From Patescibacteria group bacterium (GTDB taxonomy: Bacteria > Patescibacteriota > Patescibacteriia > 2-01-FULL-39-33), in NCBI GenBank assembly GCA_041649575.1, contig JBAZMW010000002.1, positions 120,001 through 152,000 of the forward strand: a DNA stretch of 32,000 nt. The letters run 5' to 3'. Both the position numbers and the translations under genes were made by a program. Under the pieces are notes generated by a model. That model did not search any database. It had not been told where the DNA came from and worked only from the letters and a program-made list of their open reading frames with translations. Each line of letters starts with the position of its first letter. The stretch's first letter is position 1. Positions 1-8,772 of the stretch are shown piece by piece.

Positions 1-65
1 AAAAAGCCGGTTTTTTATCTTTGACTCAACAAGAAGGTTTTATTTACCTTTATTTTTTTGCCCTC

Positions 66-94
66 TTGACAAGCTTTTTTGTTTGCCTTATTAT
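66..94 (+). promoter_or_regulatory. sigma70-type promoter of the hrcA operon
   Basis: TTGACA at 66-71, 17-nt spacer, TATTAT at 89-94, directly upstream of CIRCE. Confidence 0.55.
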
Positions 95-99
95 TAAAA

Positions 100-126
100 T
101 TAGCACTCTAATATTGAGAGTGCTAA
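100..126 (+). promoter_or_regulatory. CIRCE operator (HrcA binding site)
   Basis: Exact match to the consensus inverted repeat TTAGCACTC-N9-GAGTGCTAA, 12 nt upstream of the hrcA ATG. Confidence 0.92.
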
Positions 127-138
127 TTAAACCAAACC

Positions 139-837
139 ATGGCCGACAGAAAAGACAATCTATTTAAAATTATTGTCGAAGAGTATTTAAATTCGGCCAA
201 TCCCGTTGGCTCTTCTTTGGTGGTAGAAAAATATTTTCCGGATTTAAGCTCCGCCACCATCAGAAACGAAATGGCCGAATTGGAAGAAGCCGACTTAATT
301 TATCAGCCACACACTTCGGCTGGCCGCATTCCCACCATCAAGGGTTATCAATATTATTTGGACAAGTTTGTCGGCGCTGGAGAGCTAAACGCCAAACAGC
401 GAAAGAATTTAGATAAGCTTAGGTCTGAGCTCAAGGCCGATCAAGAGAGTATAAAAGTTTTGGCTAAGAATTTAGCCGAGTTGTCCCGGGAAGCTGTCTT
501 GATTGGTTTTGGTCCGCAGGATGTTTATTACACCGGTATCGCCAATCTCTTCCGTCAGCCGGAATTTTATCAACAGGCCCTGGTCTATTCCATGTCGGAA
601 ATAATCGACCATCTCGATGAAGTGATGTTTAAAATTTTTACCAAGATAGATGCCCGAGCCAAAATTTTACTGGGAGCCGACAATCCTTTTGGTGAAGCGT
701 CGGCCGTCATTTTAGGGCAATACCGCCTGAAAGGACAGCCGGGACTGGTTGGCATTTTGGGGCCGAGTCGCATGAATTATGCTAATAATTTAGGACTAAT
801 AGACTATACCCAACAAATTATTGGATCCTTAAAATAA
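139..837 (+). CDS. hrcA: heat-inducible transcription repressor HrcA (short form, 232 aa)
   Basis: N-terminal winged-helix motif (SSATIRNEMAELEEADLIYQPHTSAGRIPTIKGY), CIRCE upstream, grpE downstream. Confidence 0.85.
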   Translation: MADRKDNLFKIIVEEYLNSANPVGSSLVVEKYFPDLSSATIRNEMAELEEADLIYQPHTSAGRIPTIKGYQYYLDKFVGAGELNAKQRKNLDKLRSELKADQESIKVLAKNLAELSREAVLIGFGPQDVYYTGIANLFRQPEFYQQALVYSMSEIIDHLDEVMFKIFTKIDARAKILLGADNPFGEASAVILGQYRLKGQPGLVGILGPSRMNYANNLGLIDYTQQIIGSLK

Positions 838-843
838 TTAATT

Positions 844-1344
844 ATGAGTGAAAACCAAAAAATAGCCGAACTTCAAGAGGAAGTGGCCAAGCTAAAAGAA
901 GCCTTAACCCTGGCCGAAGGGCAATCGCAGGAACATTTGGCTGGTTGGCAAAGAGCTCGGGCCGATTATTCAAATTTTAAAAGAGAACAGGAAAAGCGTC
1001 AGCAAGAAGTGGTTGAGTTTGCCAACGCCGTTACCTTGGCTGAGATTTTGCCGGTTTATAGCCATTTTAAGTTGGCCTTAAAACACATTCCTCAGGAACA
1101 AAAAAAAGAAGCCTGGGTAGAAGGTATAATCCAAATTGGCAAACAATTTATTGATTTTTTGAAAAAATTCAAAATAGAAGAGATTAAAACCATAGGGGAA
1201 AAGTTTAATCATGAATTTCATGAAGCTGTAGTTCACGAAGAAAAAAATGGCTTTGAGTCGGACGTGATTTTTGAAGAGGTGAGTCCGGGCTATTTGTTGG
1301 CCGGCAAAGTCTTGCAGCCGGCTAAAGTCAAAGTAGCAAAATAA
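844..1344 (+). CDS. grpE: nucleotide exchange factor GrpE
   Basis: Coiled-coil N-terminus, GrpE-like core (RARADYSNFKRE, FDPxxHEA-like NHEFHEAV), lies between hrcA and dnaK. Confidence 0.9.
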   Translation: MSENQKIAELQEEVAKLKEALTLAEGQSQEHLAGWQRARADYSNFKREQEKRQQEVVEFANAVTLAEILPVYSHFKLALKHIPQEQKKEAWVEGIIQIGKQFIDFLKKFKIEEIKTIGEKFNHEFHEAVVHEEKNGFESDVIFEEVSPGYLLAGKVLQPAKVKVAK

Positions 1345-1480
1345 TTTTAAAATTTTAGAATTCTAAAATTACTGCCGTGCTGGTCTGCCGGCAGCAGGAA
1401 GATTTTATAAATATTAATTCGCTTATTCGCTTTGTCTGTAAATTTTTATAGGCAAGCATAGGCGGCAAGGAGACAAAGAT

Positions 1481-1903
1481 ATGGCCTTAATAAAATGGAC
1501 ACCATTTCCTTTTGCCGAACCATACGACGAAATGGACAAGTTTTTTGAATCTTGGCCGGCTTTAGCCAATAACTTCACCCCGGCTATTGATGTCTATCAG
1601 GATAAGGAGGCGGTGATCGTCGAAGCGCCCTTGGCTGGCATCGATCCGGAAAAAATAGACATTGCTATCGAAAACGATGTTTTGACCATCAAAGGCGAAA
1701 ATGAGAAAAAATCAGAGGTGGATGAAAAAAATTATTATCGCAAAGAGGTGCGTCATGGCAGTTTTTATCGAGCGGTGCAATTGCCAACCCGTGTTGCTGG
1801 CGATGCGGCTCAAGCCACTTATAATAAGGGCATCCTAACTATCCGGATTCCCAAAAGCCCGGAAGCCAAGCCCAAGAGCATCAAAGTTCAAATTAAAGAT
1901 TAA
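1481..1903 (+). CDS. Hsp20/alpha-crystallin family small heat-shock protein
   Basis: Alpha-crystallin domain signature (PAIDVYQDKEAVIVEAPLAGI...GILTIRIPK); AAGGAG SD at 1467-1472. Confidence 0.9.
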   Translation: MALIKWTPFPFAEPYDEMDKFFESWPALANNFTPAIDVYQDKEAVIVEAPLAGIDPEKIDIAIENDVLTIKGENEKKSEVDEKNYYRKEVRHGSFYRAVQLPTRVAGDAAQATYNKGILTIRIPKSPEAKPKSIKVQIKD

Positions 1904-1977
1904 TATTTTCTTTTTGAGGCGAGAAAGGCCTTTCTCGCTTCTGATGGATAAGTATTAAATTAAAAATAACCAAAAAT

Positions 1978-3888
1978 ATGCCAAAAATTTTAGGAATCGA
2001 TCTGGGAACTACCAATTCCTGTATGGCCATCATCGAGGGTGGCCAGCCGAAAGTTTTAGAAAATAAAGAGGGAGCCCGCACCACGCCCTCCATTGTCGCT
2101 CTGGCCAAGAACGGCGAACGTTTGGTTGGTGTTGGCGCCAAGCGCCAAGCCGTCACCAATCCGACTAACACCTTATTTTCCATCAAGCGTTTGATCGGGC
2201 GTAAATGGGATGACCCGGAAGTGCAAAGAGATTTGAAATTAATGTCTTATGAAATCAAGCAAGCTGGCGGGGGAGTCAAGATTGTCATGAATGGCAAAGA
2301 ATACAGCCCGCAAGAAATTTCCGCCATGGTTTTGCAAAAATTGAAAGAAGATGCCGAGGCCAAGCTTGGCGAAAAGATAACCGAGGCGGTTATTACCGTG
2401 CCTGCCTATTTTGACGACAGCCAGCGCCAAGCCACCAAAGACGCCGGAGAAATCGCCGGGCTGACGGTCAAAAGGATTATTAACGAGCCGACCGCTGCGG
2501 CCTTGGCTTATGGTTTTGAAAAGAAAAAAGGCCAGCAAATCGCGGTTTATGACTTGGGTGGCGGCACTTTCGACATTTCTATTTTGGATGTGGCGTCAGA
2601 TACGGTGGAAGTCAAATCTACCAACGGGGATACGCATTTGGGCGGTGACGATTTTGATCAAAAAATCATGAATTATATTTTGGACGAATTCAAAAAGCAG
2701 GAAGGCCTTGATTTGTCCAAAGACGTCACAGCCTTGCAGCGTGTCAAGGAATCGGCCGAGAAAGCCAAGATAGAATTATCCACTCAAATGGAGACCGAGA
2801 TTAATCAGCCTTTTATTACTCAAGGAGCCGATGGCAGTCCCAAACACTTGACCATGAGGCTGACCCGGGCACAACTGGAGGGTTTGGTTGTGGATTTGGT
2901 AGACCAAACCTTTGAGCCGGTTAAAAAGGCTTTAAGCGATGCCGGCATGAAGACTTCCGACGTCGAAGAGGTGGTTTTGGTTGGTGGCATGACGCGTATG
3001 CCTCTGGTACAGAAGAAAGTGGAGGAGTTTTTTGGCAAAAAACCAAATATTAGCGTTAATCCCGATGAAGTAGTGGCCATGGGAGCAGCGGTTCAAGCCG
3101 GCGTGCTGCAGGGCGATGTCAAAGACGTCTTGCTGCTGGATGTCACTCCTTTGACTTTGGGTATCGAGACGTTAGGCAGCGTCATGACCCCGCTCATCGA
3201 AAGAAACACTACCATCCCTACTTCTAAGAGCCAGGTGTTTTCCACGGCCGCCGATAATCAGCCGAGCGTGGAAATCCATGTGCTTCAAGGCGAACGGCCG
3301 ATGGCCCATGACAATAAGACGCTGGGCCGATTCATCCTAGACGGTATACCGCCGGCTCCTCGCGGCGTGCCGCAAGTAGAAGTCAGTTTTGATATCGATG
3401 CCAATGGCATTTTAAATGTTAAAGCCAAAGACAAAGCCACTGCTCGCGAACAGCATATTACCATCACCGCTTCCTCCGGTCTGTCCAAAGACGAGATTGA
3501 GCGCATGAAACGTGAGGCGGAAATGCACGCCGATGAAGACAAAAAGAAAAGAGAAGTCATTGATCTGAAAAATCAAGCCGAGAGTTTGATTTTCACCACC
3601 GAAAAAACTCTAAAAGATGCCGGGGATAAAGTTGATGCCGCTACCAGAAAAGATATTATGGATAAAGTCGAGGATCTAAAGAAAGTCAAAGAAGGTGAGG
3701 ACAAGGATTTGATTAAGCGCAATTACGACGCTTTAAGCGAAGCGATTCAGAAGGTTGGCGCGGCCATGTACCAATCGGCCGGGGCCAGTCAGGCTGGAGG
3801 CGGCGCAGCGCCCCAAGAAGAAACCGCAACCGAAGGGGGGCAACAGCAGGGCCCAATTGAAGGTCAATACGAAGAAGTGAAAAAATAA
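1978..3888 (+). CDS. dnaK: molecular chaperone DnaK (Hsp70)
   Basis: Full-length Hsp70 signatures ([27 protein letters not shown]), 636 aa. Confidence 0.98.
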   Translation: MPKILGIDLGTTNSCMAIIEGGQPKVLENKEGARTTPSIVALAKNGERLVGVGAKRQAVTNPTNTLFSIKRLIGRKWDDPEVQRDLKLMSYEIKQAGGGVKIVMNGKEYSPQEISAMVLQKLKEDAEAKLGEKITEAVITVPAYFDDSQRQATKDAGEIAGLTVKRIINEPTAAALAYGFEKKKGQQIAVYDLGGGTFDISILDVASDTVEVKSTNGDTHLGGDDFDQKIMNYILDEFKKQEGLDLSKDVTALQRVKESAEKAKIELSTQMETEINQPFITQGADGSPKHLTMRLTRAQLEGLVVDLVDQTFEPVKKALSDAGMKTSDVEEVVLVGGMTRMPLVQKKVEEFFGKKPNISVNPDEVVAMGAAVQAGVLQGDVKDVLLLDVTPLTLGIETLGSVMTPLIERNTTIPTSKSQVFSTAADNQPSVEIHVLQGERPMAHDNKTLGRFILDGIPPAPRGVPQVEVSFDIDANGILNVKAKDKATAREQHITITASSGLSKDEIERMKREAEMHADEDKKKREVIDLKNQAESLIFTTEKTLKDAGDKVDAATRKDIMDKVEDLKKVKEGEDKDLIKRNYDALSEAIQKVGAAMYQSAGASQAGGGAAPQEETATEGGQQQGPIEGQYEEVKK

Positions 3889-3901
3889 TTTTATTATTGT
3901 T

Positions 3902-3935
3902 ATGTTAAGGGCAGGCCATGGCCTGCCCTTAACAT
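3902..3935. terminator. 34-bp perfect palindrome / hairpin after dnaK
   Basis: atgttaagggcaggcca|tggcctgcccttaacat is self-complementary. No U-run on the plus strand, so terminator function is uncertain. Confidence 0.45.
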
Positions 3936-3969
3936 AAAAGAAAAACGCCTCACCTATGACAGCGTGAGG
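3936..3969 (-). terminator. Rho-independent terminator of the minus-strand GC-rich cassette
   Basis: On the minus strand CCTCAC-N10-GTGAGG (3969-3948) is followed by CGTTTTTCTTTT. Confidence 0.65.
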
Positions 3970-3997
3970 ACGTGTACTTGCAAGGACAACGGCATGG

Positions 3998-4240
3998 TCA
4001 TTCCCCGTCAGGCAGACTTTGTCTGGCCGAGATGCCCATACCCACGCCCAGCCGATGCGTTTCATTGCGAATCTGACCCGGGCTAGTGGCTTCACCGGTA
4101 AATCCGAGATAAAACCCACCCCACCAGAGGGCAGCGGCGTTATTCCTGGTCATTTCATCTGGGAGCAGACTGGGGCACCCGGGTGCGTGGTGGAAGTCTT
4201 GGTCGAGGTTGCAGAATCGGCATGATGGTGACTGTGACAT
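3998..4240 (-). CDS. hypothetical 80-aa Cys/His-containing protein; coding status uncertain (could be part of a roughly 350-nt ncRNA)
   Basis: AGGGAGG 7 nt upstream of the ATG; own consensus promoter and terminator; no family recognised; the GC-rich context makes chance ORFs likely. Confidence 0.4.
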   Translation of the reverse strand: MSQSPSCRFCNLDQDFHHAPGCPSLLPDEMTRNNAAALWWGGFYLGFTGEATSPGQIRNETHRLGVGMGISARQSLPDGE

Positions 4241-4305
4241 AACTGAACCTCCCTAGTCATGTAGTTTCGCCAAGCAGAAACTGAAAGGACAATCGCTAAC
4301 TTTTT

Positions 4306-4334
4306 ATTATAGATTATAAATTTATTTTTGTCAA
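4306..4334 (-). promoter_or_regulatory. consensus sigma70 promoter (minus strand)
   Basis: The reverse complement reads TTGACA (4334-4329), a 17-nt spacer, then TATAAT (4311-4306). Confidence 0.65.
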
Positions 4335-4336
4335 AC

Positions 4337-5254
4337 ATGAAAGTGGGCATACCCCGAGCCGGGCTGTATCATCTTTTTCACCCTTTTTGGTCGGAGTTTT
4401 TTTCGTCCTTGGGTTTTGAGGTGGTAATCTCGGCAGCTACCGACAAAGAAATATTAAGCCAAGGCCTAAAAATTGCTAACAGCGAGATGTGTTTGCCCAT
4501 GAAGATAATGTATGGCCACATTTTGTCGCTTAAAGACCGATGTGATTTTTTGTTTCTGCCGCAACTGGGAGCAGCCAAATGGGGCCAGGCCAAGCCTGGC
4601 ACCAGCACCTTTTTTTGCCCTTATTTTGTCGGTCTGGCCGATTTGATGGCGGCCGAGTTTCCTCAAATGAAGTTTTTTCGTCCCCAGATTTCTTTTTGGG
4701 ACAATCTTTTTCAGGCCGCCGATTGGCTGGAATTCGCCCGAGAAATCGGTTTTGCTCCGGCCGCGGCCAAGAACGCCTTTTCTCGAGCCGAAAAAGCCTA
4801 CGAGGTTTTCCGGCAACAGCAAATAAAAGAAGCGCCTTTACCTCGAGACAAAAAAATCGCGCTGGTGGGCCGGCCTTATCTTATTTATGATCACCAGGCC
4901 AATCTGGATATTATCAAAAAAATTAATCAGCGGGGCTATCAGGTGGCGACGGTAGAGATGATCCCGGATTCCGACTTAAAAACAGCTTGGCTCAAGTTGC
5001 CTCCCGATTTTGTTTCCCATTGGTATCTGACCAATAAAACCTATGGGGCCATAAATCATTTTTCCCAAAGGCCGGATATCTCTGGTATAATTTTTTTGGT
5101 GCCCTTCAATTGCGGCCCTGATTTTTTGGTGGAGTATCTGGTTATCCAGAAAGCCAGAGCGCATAAACCCATTACCACCATCTCCATCGATGAGTCCACG
5201 GGTGAGGCCGGTTTGCTTACCCGTCTAGACGCTTTTATCGATATCCTAAAATAA
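4337..5254 (+). CDS. acyl-CoA dehydratase activase-related protein (DUF2229-like)
   Basis: KVGIPRAGLYHLFHPFWSEFFSSLGFEVV matches the remembered DUF2229 N-terminal pattern. C-terminal FNCGPD...TRLDAFIDIL is paralogous to the next gene. ATG at 4337 preferred over TTG at 4328. Confidence 0.7.
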   Translation: MKVGIPRAGLYHLFHPFWSEFFSSLGFEVVISAATDKEILSQGLKIANSEMCLPMKIMYGHILSLKDRCDFLFLPQLGAAKWGQAKPGTSTFFCPYFVGLADLMAAEFPQMKFFRPQISFWDNLFQAADWLEFAREIGFAPAAAKNAFSRAEKAYEVFRQQQIKEAPLPRDKKIALVGRPYLIYDHQANLDIIKKINQRGYQVATVEMIPDSDLKTAWLKLPPDFVSHWYLTNKTYGAINHFSQRPDISGIIFLVPFNCGPDFLVEYLVIQKARAHKPITTISIDESTGEAGLLTRLDAFIDILK

Positions 5255-5258
5255 ATCC

Positions 5259-6347
5259 ATGAAGTACGCTTCTTTGCCAGGACTAAATTCATATCTAGCC
5301 ATGAAGACCATGATTCGTTATTTTGGTCATGATTTTGTCGAGATGCCAGATATCAACGAAGAAATGCTCAGCTGGGGATCGGCCCAATCGCCGGAATACG
5401 CTTGTCTGCCTTTCAAAATTTATTTAGGTTTTTTTAGGAAACTGACAGAGCAAAAAATAGACCGAGTTTTTATTTATGGTTCTCGGGACAGGCGCGCTTG
5501 CCGGTATCTGGATTTATGCAACGGCATTGCGCAGATATTGCGCGACCATGGTCTGACCAAGATGGATGTTCATTTTTGGGGCGGCTATGGTCTGTGGCAG
5601 GGACTGGTGGATTTTAAAAAAGCAATGGGCAATCCTTCCTGGCTGAAAGTGATTAACGGCATTATCATTCATGGCTCGACTTTAACCGCTGTCGATGAAT
5701 TGAACGATTTGGCCAACTGGGCGCGGCCGCGGGAAACAGTAAAAGGTTCAGTAGATGTTTGGCTAAAAAAATGGTGGCAAATCATGGGTGAGTCTTTGAG
5801 TCGTCGCAAAATAAAAGAAGCTCTAATCTTGGCTAAATCAGAATTCGCCCTGATAAAATTAGATGATTCTCGGCCGATTATCAAGGTGGCTTTAATTGGC
5901 GATTTATTTAAAATTCATGAACCCTTTTTTCACTTTGATACTATTAGAAAACTAAACAAAATGGGCGTTGAGGTAAAGCAATCCCAAGCTTTTTCTTTGC
6001 TCTTTTTTGGTACTACCAATTTGCCCTCGCGGGCTCATTACCGCGAGCTATATGCCGCTTATCGACAAAAAGCTCAAAAATACCTAAAATCAGTGCCAGC
6101 CTCTTGCATTGATATCAGTGTTGGCGAGACCATTGATCAGCTGGAGCAAGGCGCCAAAGGCATTGTTCATTTTCAGTCTTTTGGTTGTATGCCCGATATC
6201 ATGTTAAAGCCGATTTTGGATCGGGTGGCCAAGGATTTTAAAGTGCCGATCATTCATTATTTACGCGACGTTCATTCTTCTGACGGAGCTTACCAAACCC
6301 GACTGGAAGCTTTTGTCGATTTAATAAAAAGAAAGGGAAAAATATGA
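5259..6347 (+). CDS. 2-hydroxyacyl-CoA dehydratase D-component-like protein
   Basis: SPEYACLPFK and C-terminal FGCMPD...TRLEAFVDLI motifs; ATGA overlap with the downstream ATPase. Confidence 0.7.
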   Translation: MKYASLPGLNSYLAMKTMIRYFGHDFVEMPDINEEMLSWGSAQSPEYACLPFKIYLGFFRKLTEQKIDRVFIYGSRDRRACRYLDLCNGIAQILRDHGLTKMDVHFWGGYGLWQGLVDFKKAMGNPSWLKVINGIIIHGSTLTAVDELNDLANWARPRETVKGSVDVWLKKWWQIMGESLSRRKIKEALILAKSEFALIKLDDSRPIIKVALIGDLFKIHEPFFHFDTIRKLNKMGVEVKQSQAFSLLFFGTTNLPSRAHYRELYAAYRQKAQKYLKSVPASCIDISVGETIDQLEQGAKGIVHFQSFGCMPDIMLKPILDRVAKDFKVPIIHYLRDVHSSDGAYQTRLEAFVDLIKRKGKI

Positions 6348-7315
6348 ACCAAAAAATTTATCTGGGTATTGATGTCGGTTCGGTAAGCTGCAATGTCGTT
6401 GCTCTTAGCGAAGAGAGCCGAGTTTTGGCAAAAGTCTATATTCGCACGCAAGGTGATCCGATTCAGGCGGTGAAAAGGGGCTTACAGGAAATTAGAGATC
6501 AGGTCAACGAATTTACTGTTGCCGGCGTGGGCACTACCGGTAGCGGCCGGACTTTGGCCGGAATTTTGGCCGGAGCCGATGTCGTCAAAAACGAGATCAC
6601 TAGTCACGCTCTGGCTGCCGTGCACGAAGTGCCAGGAGTCAGGACGGTTTTGGAGATTGGCGGACAGGATTCCAAAATAATTATTTTGGATGATGGGGTG
6701 GTGGTTGATTTTGCCATGAATACGGTTTGCGCCGCTGGTACCGGATCTTTCTTGGACCAGCAATGCGGCCGTCTGGGTATTCAGATAGAGGAATTCGGCG
6801 ACTTGGCCCTGAAATCCAGCACCAAAATCAATATTGCCGGCCGCTGCACCGTTTTTGCCGAGTCCGATATGATTCACAAACAACAACTGGGCGCAAAACG
6901 CGAGGATATTATGCGCGGCCTGTGCGAATCACTGGTCAGAAATTATTTAAGTAACGTGGCTAAGGGCAAAAATATTTTAGAATCGATTGTTTTTCAAGGG
7001 GGAGTGGCCGCCAATAAATGTATTAAGGCCGAGTTTGAAAAAGCGTTGGATAAAAAATTGATTATCCCAGAAAATTTTGATGTCATGGGAGCGATTGGCG
7101 CCGCCTTGTTGGCTCGGGAAGCCGAAGTTGAAAAAAGCCGGTTTAAGGGATTTGATTTGATTGAGACTGATTTTCAGACTACCGCCTTTCAGTGTTTCGA
7201 CTGCGCTAACAAATGCGAGGTTATCGAATTTAAGGAAAATGGCGCAGTCATCGCTCGCTGGGGCGACCGTTGCAATAAATGGAGCGACGACCCGGGTCGT
7301 CAGCCGGAAAAATAA
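6344..7315 (+). CDS. BcrAD/BadFG-family ATPase (dehydratase activase-like) with C-terminal Cys motif
   Basis: GIDVGSVS phosphate-1 motif; cluster-bridging Cys contexts (VCAAGTGSF, GRCTVFAESD); C-terminal CFDCANKC...C. Confidence 0.85.
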   Translation: MNQKIYLGIDVGSVSCNVVALSEESRVLAKVYIRTQGDPIQAVKRGLQEIRDQVNEFTVAGVGTTGSGRTLAGILAGADVVKNEITSHALAAVHEVPGVRTVLEIGGQDSKIIILDDGVVVDFAMNTVCAAGTGSFLDQQCGRLGIQIEEFGDLALKSSTKINIAGRCTVFAESDMIHKQQLGAKREDIMRGLCESLVRNYLSNVAKGKNILESIVFQGGVAANKCIKAEFEKALDKKLIIPENFDVMGAIGAALLAREAEVEKSRFKGFDLIETDFQTTAFQCFDCANKCEVIEFKENGAVIARWGDRCNKWSDDPGRQPEK

Positions 7316-7355
7316 ACTTGGCAATTTTATCGATAAATAAATAACAAACAAATTT

Positions 7356-7643
7356 ATGGAAAATCAAAATCAACAACCGCAGGAAATAAAAATTACTGAT
7401 AATTTTGCCGGCGGTGAGTATGCCAACGGCATGCAAATTTCTTATAACAAAGAAGAATTCCTCATTTATTTTTTCAATATTATGCCGCCGGCCGGCCGCG
7501 TTTGCGCCAAAATCATCACCAGTCCCGGACACCTCAAGAGAATGGCCGCTGTTTTGGAGGACAACTTAAAAAAGTATGAGAGTCAATTTGGTTCTGTCTC
7601 TGTAGCCGAGAATCCCAAAGACGGTATCGGTTTTAAAGTTTAA
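7356..7643 (+). CDS. DUF3467-like small protein
   Basis: [22 protein letters not shown]...[25 protein letters not shown] matches the remembered DUF3467 pattern. Confidence 0.6.
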   Translation: MENQNQQPQEIKITDNFAGGEYANGMQISYNKEEFLIYFFNIMPPAGRVCAKIITSPGHLKRMAAVLEDNLKKYESQFGSVSVAENPKDGIGFKV

Positions 7644-7648
7644 CTTTT

Positions 7649-8758
7649 ATGGCCAAAGATTACTACGACATTTTGGGGGTTTCCCGGTCGGCTTCTCCGG
7701 AAGAGATCAAAAAAGCTTTTCGCAAATTAGCTCACGAACACCATCCCGACAAAGCCAACGGCAATGCGGAGAAATTCAAGGAAATCAACGAAGCCTATCA
7801 GGTTTTGAATAACCCGGATAAAAGAAAGCAGTACGATCAGTTCGGCTCGGCTTTTGGCGGCGCCGGTGCCGGTGGTTTTAATTACCAAGATTTTGGCCGG
7901 GCGGCCGGCGGTCCTTTTGGCCAGGGCGGTTTTTCCCAAGACGGAATTAGTTTTGACTTCGGCGATCTTGGTGATCTAGGCGATCTTTTCGGCGGTTTTG
8001 GCAGTTTCTTTGGCGGTGGCAACAGGACAGCCAAAAAAGCAGTCAGAGGCGAAGACGTGGAAATAGAACTAACAATAGAGTTCGAAGAAGCGGCTTTTGG
8101 TGTTGACAAGGTAATTGACTTGCAGAAGCAGGTTGTTTGCGAGCATTGCCATGGCTCGGGAGCCGAGCCGGGCGCCAAGATTTCCGTTTGCGCTACCTGT
8201 GGCGGCACCGGAAAAATAAACCGGGTTCAACAAACGATTTTGGGAAATTTTCAAACTCAGACTGTTTGTTCGGATTGCCAGGGCGAAGGGCAGAAATATG
8301 AAAAAAAATGTTCCACCTGTCACGGCAGTGGTGCGGCTTATGGTTCGGAAAAAATCAAAGTTAAGGTTCCGGCCGGTATCGATGACGGCCAAACAATAAA
8401 ATTATCAGGCCAAGGAGAGCCGGCTCCCAAAGGCGTGCCTGGCGATCTTTATATTCGTATTAAGGTCAGACCGAGCAAAATTTTTAGACGACAGGCTGAT
8501 AATATTTTTTCAGAAAAACATCTTTCCCTTAAGCAGGCGATTTTTGGCGATAAAATAGAAATCGAAACCGTCGACGGCCTGGTCAGCCTAAAAATTCCTC
8601 CCGGGACCCAAAGTCATACGGAATTTCGTCTGCGCGACAAGGGCGTCTATCACCTCAAGGGTCGCGGCCGAGGGGATCATCTGATCAAGATAATTGTTGA
8701 CATCCCTAAGAATCTTAGCCGCCAGCAGAAAAAAATACTGGATAGCTGGGAAAAATAA
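7649..8758 (+). CDS. dnaJ: molecular chaperone DnaJ
   Basis: J domain with HPD, G/F-rich linker, four CxxCxGxG zinc-finger repeats. Confidence 0.97.
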   Translation: MAKDYYDILGVSRSASPEEIKKAFRKLAHEHHPDKANGNAEKFKEINEAYQVLNNPDKRKQYDQFGSAFGGAGAGGFNYQDFGRAAGGPFGQGGFSQDGISFDFGDLGDLGDLFGGFGSFFGGGNRTAKKAVRGEDVEIELTIEFEEAAFGVDKVIDLQKQVVCEHCHGSGAEPGAKISVCATCGGTGKINRVQQTILGNFQTQTVCSDCQGEGQKYEKKCSTCHGSGAAYGSEKIKVKVPAGIDDGQTIKLSGQGEPAPKGVPGDLYIRIKVRPSKIFRRQADNIFSEKHLSLKQAIFGDKIEIETVDGLVSLKIPPGTQSHTEFRLRDKGVYHLKGRGRGDHLIKIIVDIPKNLSRQQKKILDSWEK

Positions 8759-8772
8759 TTTATTTATAAAAA

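Noticed and set aside
1372-1397. CTGCCG...CGGCAG hairpin after grpE as a terminator
   Set aside because: The stem is short and no U-tract follows it. I cannot support a terminator call from the sequence alone.
1893-3560. Minus-strand ORFs of 86-99 aa inside dnaK (1893-2186, 2239-2538, 2820-3080, 3285-3560)
   Set aside because: They are antisense shadows of an unambiguous Hsp70 reading frame, with no start signals or recognisable motifs.
3733-4225. 128-aa minus ORF (3733-4119) and 68-aa plus ORF (4019-4225) in the GC-rich island
   Set aside because: The first runs through two terminator hairpins into the dnaK 3' end. The second has no promoter or SD and is antisense to the well-signalled unit. 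GC-rich DNA produces such open frames by chance.
3940-4300. RNase P, tmRNA, SRP or 6S identity for the first island
   Set aside because: The minus strand has CCCAGATGAAATGACC, which resembles E. coli RNase P CCUAGAUGAAUGACU. However, the universal GGAAAGUCC and ACAGAA..CGGCUUA P4 strands are absent. There is no tRNA-like end or tag frame for tmRNA, and no GGAA-tetraloop/AGCAG SRP helix 8. I could not run covariance models, so this rejection is provisional.
7940-8000. Short tandem repeat ggcgatcttggtgatctaggcgatctt, considered as a possible repeat or CRISPR-like element
   Set aside because: It lies in the dnaJ G/F linker and encodes GDLGDLGDL. It is coding low complexity, with no spacer-repeat architecture.
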